Shown in pieces: positions 61,665-64,000 of a stretch of DNA of 64,000 nucleotides (its first letter is position 1; every line of letters begins with the position of its first letter). The stretch is from Acidimicrobiia bacterium (lineage in GTDB: Bacteria; Actinomycetota; Acidimicrobiia; Spongiisociales; ZC4RG35). The position numbers were made by a program, and so were the translations under genes. The notes under the pieces were generated by a model. It was not told the origin of the DNA. It saw only the letters and a program-made list of their open reading frames with translations, and searched no databases. The stretch spans positions 36,595 through 100,594 of the forward strand of contig CBDCGI010000001.1 in the NCBI GenBank assembly GCA_965216725.1, read 5' to 3'.

Positions 61665-62557
61665 TGCGTTCTGGCTTCGTGCCGGTCGTCGGCCGGCCGA
61701 ATGTCGGGAAATCCACGCTGGTGAATCAGATGGTGGGGGACAAGGTCTCGATCATCTCGTCCCGTCCCCAGACCACACGGAACGCCATCCGGGGAGTGGT
61801 GACCGGGCCCGATCCCGACTCGCCTCAATACCAGGTTGTTCTGCTCGACACCCCCGGTCTGCACAAACCGAGAACCGAGCTGGGAAACAGGCTCAATGCT
61901 CTTGTCTATAGGACGCTGGCGGAGGCCGACGCAATCGTCTTCGTGCTAGACGCAACGATGCCGATAGGCCCGGGAGATCGGCGCATAGCCGATCGACTGC
62001 GGCAATCAGAGGCTCGGGTGGTGGTTGCGGTCAACAAAGTCGATCGCGCCGGTCGGGACGCCATTGCCCAACAACTGGCCGAGGCGGGAGCATGGGACTT
62101 CGAGGCCTATGTTCCGGTATCGGCGAAGACGGGAGATGGGGTGAGCTCCCTCGCCGAGGAACTGATTGTGAGGATGCCAGAAGGGCCCATGTATTTCCCG
62201 GCCGGGATGACATCCGACCAGCCGGAGGCATTGGTGATCGCCGAAGTGGTGAGGGAGAAGTTCCTCGACCGCCTTCGCGACGAGGTGCCCCATTCGCTGG
62301 CGGTCCGGGTCGAGGACGTCGAGCAACGTCCCGATGGGTTGATCGACATTGCGGCTGACGTGATCGTGGAGCGCAAGAGCCAAAAGGGGATCGTGATCGG
62401 GAAAGGCGGCTCCCTGTTGAAGAGGGCCGGCATCGAGGCACGTCAGGATCTGGAGAGGATTCTCGGAGCGCAAATCAACCTCATGCTGCATGTCACCGTT
62501 GAAAAGGAGTGGCAGCGGCGGCCTCAGTTGCTGGATCGGCTCGGGTTCGAGAAGTAG
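61664..62557 (+). CDS. era: GTPase Era
   Basis: GRPNVGKSTL, PQTTR, DTPG, NKVD, KH motif VIGKGG. Confidence 0.95.
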   Translation: MRSGFVPVVGRPNVGKSTLVNQMVGDKVSIISSRPQTTRNAIRGVVTGPDPDSPQYQVVLLDTPGLHKPRTELGNRLNALVYRTLAEADAIVFVLDATMPIGPGDRRIADRLRQSEARVVVAVNKVDRAGRDAIAQQLAEAGAWDFEAYVPVSAKTGDGVSSLAEELIVRMPEGPMYFPAGMTSDQPEALVIAEVVREKFLDRLRDEVPHSLAVRVEDVEQRPDGLIDIAADVIVERKSQKGIVIGKGGSLLKRAGIEARQDLERILGAQINLMLHVTVEKEWQRRPQLLDRLGFEK

Positions 62558-62659
62558 CAAGACCCAGTTCACGTGGTCGGATGCCAGGTTTCAGTCCTCA
62601 TTCCACGTCGCAGCCCTGGAATCTCACTTCACGAGTATCGCCGGTCTAGCGTCCCTGAC

Positions 62660-63475
62660 ATGGACCAAAGCGACTACAGGTTTCTCAGGCTCGAACTCGC
62701 CGCGACCGGAGTGCTGGAGGTGACTCTTGGTAACGAGGACAAGCTCAACGCGGTCACCGAGGAAGGGCATGGGGAGCTGACGCGAGTGTGGAACGAAATC
62801 GATGCGGATCCCGAGGTTCGCTCAGTGTTGCTGAGAGCCGATGGACGGGCCTTCTCTGCTGGGGGTGACTACGAGATGATCGAGAGGATCATCGGTGATC
62901 CCCAAACGCATCGTCGGGTCCTCAAAGAAGCGCGGGAATTGGTACGGAACCTGATCGAGTGCTCCAAGCCAATCGTGTCAGCCATAAACGGCCCCGCCGT
63001 CGGGGCAGGCCTGGCAGCAGCTCTCTTGGCCGACATTCCAATCGCGGCGGAGTCCGCTCTCATCCTCGACGGTCACACGACGTTGGGGGTGGCTGCCGGC
63101 GATCATGCAGTGGTCATTTGGCCCCTCCTGGTGGGGATGGCCAAAGCCAAGTACCACCTCCTCATAAATGAGCCGCTGACCGGGGCTGAGGCGGAGCGTC
63201 TCGGGTTGGTGGCCAAGGTGGTTCCGGACGACGAGCTCGACGAATTCGCCCGCAACTTGGCATCGCGTCTTGCAGCCGGCTCCGCGGACGCCGTTCGCTG
63301 GACCAAGCACACGCTCAACCATTGGTTGAGATCGGCCTATGCCGCTTTCGACGCATCAGTGGCCTACGAGTTCCTTGGCTTCCTCGGGCCCGACGCTGAC
63401 GAGGGCCTTGCCGCTGCCAGGGAGAAGCGTGCGCCCGACTTCAACCCACCGAGAGCGGGGGACTCCGGTGGATGA
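62660..63475 (+). CDS. Enoyl-CoA hydratase/isomerase family protein
   Basis: AFSAGGD, AINGPAVGAG, GVAAGDH, AEAERLGLV. Confidence 0.88.
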   Translation: MDQSDYRFLRLELAATGVLEVTLGNEDKLNAVTEEGHGELTRVWNEIDADPEVRSVLLRADGRAFSAGGDYEMIERIIGDPQTHRRVLKEARELVRNLIECSKPIVSAINGPAVGAGLAAALLADIPIAAESALILDGHTTLGVAAGDHAVVIWPLLVGMAKAKYHLLINEPLTGAEAERLGLVAKVVPDDELDEFARNLASRLAAGSADAVRWTKHTLNHWLRSAYAAFDASVAYEFLGFLGPDADEGLAAAREKRAPDFNPPRAGDSGG

Positions 63476-63917
63476 CGGCCTGGTCCTGCAGCCCGGAGAA
63501 GGGGAGACAATCGGAATCGGGGCGTCGACCGTCCGCCTGCTGGCGGTCGGAAAGGACACCGGAGATGTATCGAGCGCAGAGGAGATCGGCGTGCCGCCGG
63601 GTTTCGAAGGACCACCGCCTCATCGTCACGAAGTGACCGCACATGCGTGGTACGTGGCAGAGGGGGCATTGGTTCTCACAGTGGGAATGACCACGGCCGA
63701 GGTTCAAGAGGGCGGGTTCGTATTCGTCCCACGGAACTCGAGACATACGTTTGCCAATCCATCTCACAGCTGGGCCCGGATGGTTCAGTTCAGCACGCCG
63801 TCGGGCTTTGAGACTTACCTTCGCGAATTGAGTGCCAGCTTCCCTCCGGGGAGCGAAATCGAGCGCGATCGAATAGTTGAGATCATGGCCAGGCACGACA
63901 CCTACCCGGTTGAGTGA
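63468..63917 (+). CDS. Cupin-domain protein
   Basis: PPPHRH...WYVAEG...FVFVPRNSRHTFAN. Confidence 0.8.
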   Translation: MDDGLVLQPGEGETIGIGASTVRLLAVGKDTGDVSSAEEIGVPPGFEGPPPHRHEVTAHAWYVAEGALVLTVGMTTAEVQEGGFVFVPRNSRHTFANPSHSWARMVQFSTPSGFETYLRELSASFPPGSEIERDRIVEIMARHDTYPVE

Positions 63918-63937
63918 CGCGTGAGGCTCCGAACCGT

Positions 63938-64000
63938 CTAGGTCAGCCCGTCGAAACGGTCGGCCAGGTCGAGGTCCCGCGCGGTGAGGCCAGCCTCGGA
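63938..64000 (-). CDS. C-terminus of a probable pterin-4a-carbinolamine dehydratase (runs off window)
   Basis: SEAGLTARDLDLADRFDGLT* resembles the PCD C-terminal GLT..D..LA...D pattern; only 20 aa visible. Confidence 0.45.
   Translation of the reverse strand, partial: SEAGLTARDLDLADRFDGLT

Overview
High-GC actinobacterial chromosome segment; the gene set and a BldD-like regulator suggest Acidimicrobiia (inference). Two conserved blocks flank a variable region. The left block is obgE, trkH/A, coxD/E-like genes, a response regulator, a Mo-hydroxylase large subunit, two tandem gap genes, nadD, rsfS and tRNA-Ala. The right block is cimA, mscL, a dpp operon, leuS, comEA/EC, holA, rpsT, lepA-hemW-hrcA-dnaJ-rsmE, bldD-like, phoH, a 7TM-HD gene, ybeY, a corC-like gene and era. 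The variable region lies at about 12.4-32.7 kb. The standout is a 2653-bp IS1595-family element (20143-22795; 26-bp imperfect TIRs; 8-bp TSD TCGTCGTC) that splits a rhodanese gene. Its cargo is a DUF5343-like gene, a HicB-like micro-ORF, a 46-aa leaderless micro-ORF and a tRNA with a serine-identity body but a leucine UAA anticodon, i.e. a candidate mobile Leu(TTA)->Ser mistranslating tRNA. Other notable items: a probably catalytically dead GAPDH paralogue coupled to an intact gap, a circularly permuted family-5 solute-binding protein, an Ile-codon attenuator upstream of cimA, a BldD homologue with a shortened c-di-GMP motif, a sigma28/WhiG-type promoter, and several frameshifted genes. All family assignments come from recognised motifs; no database searches were run.
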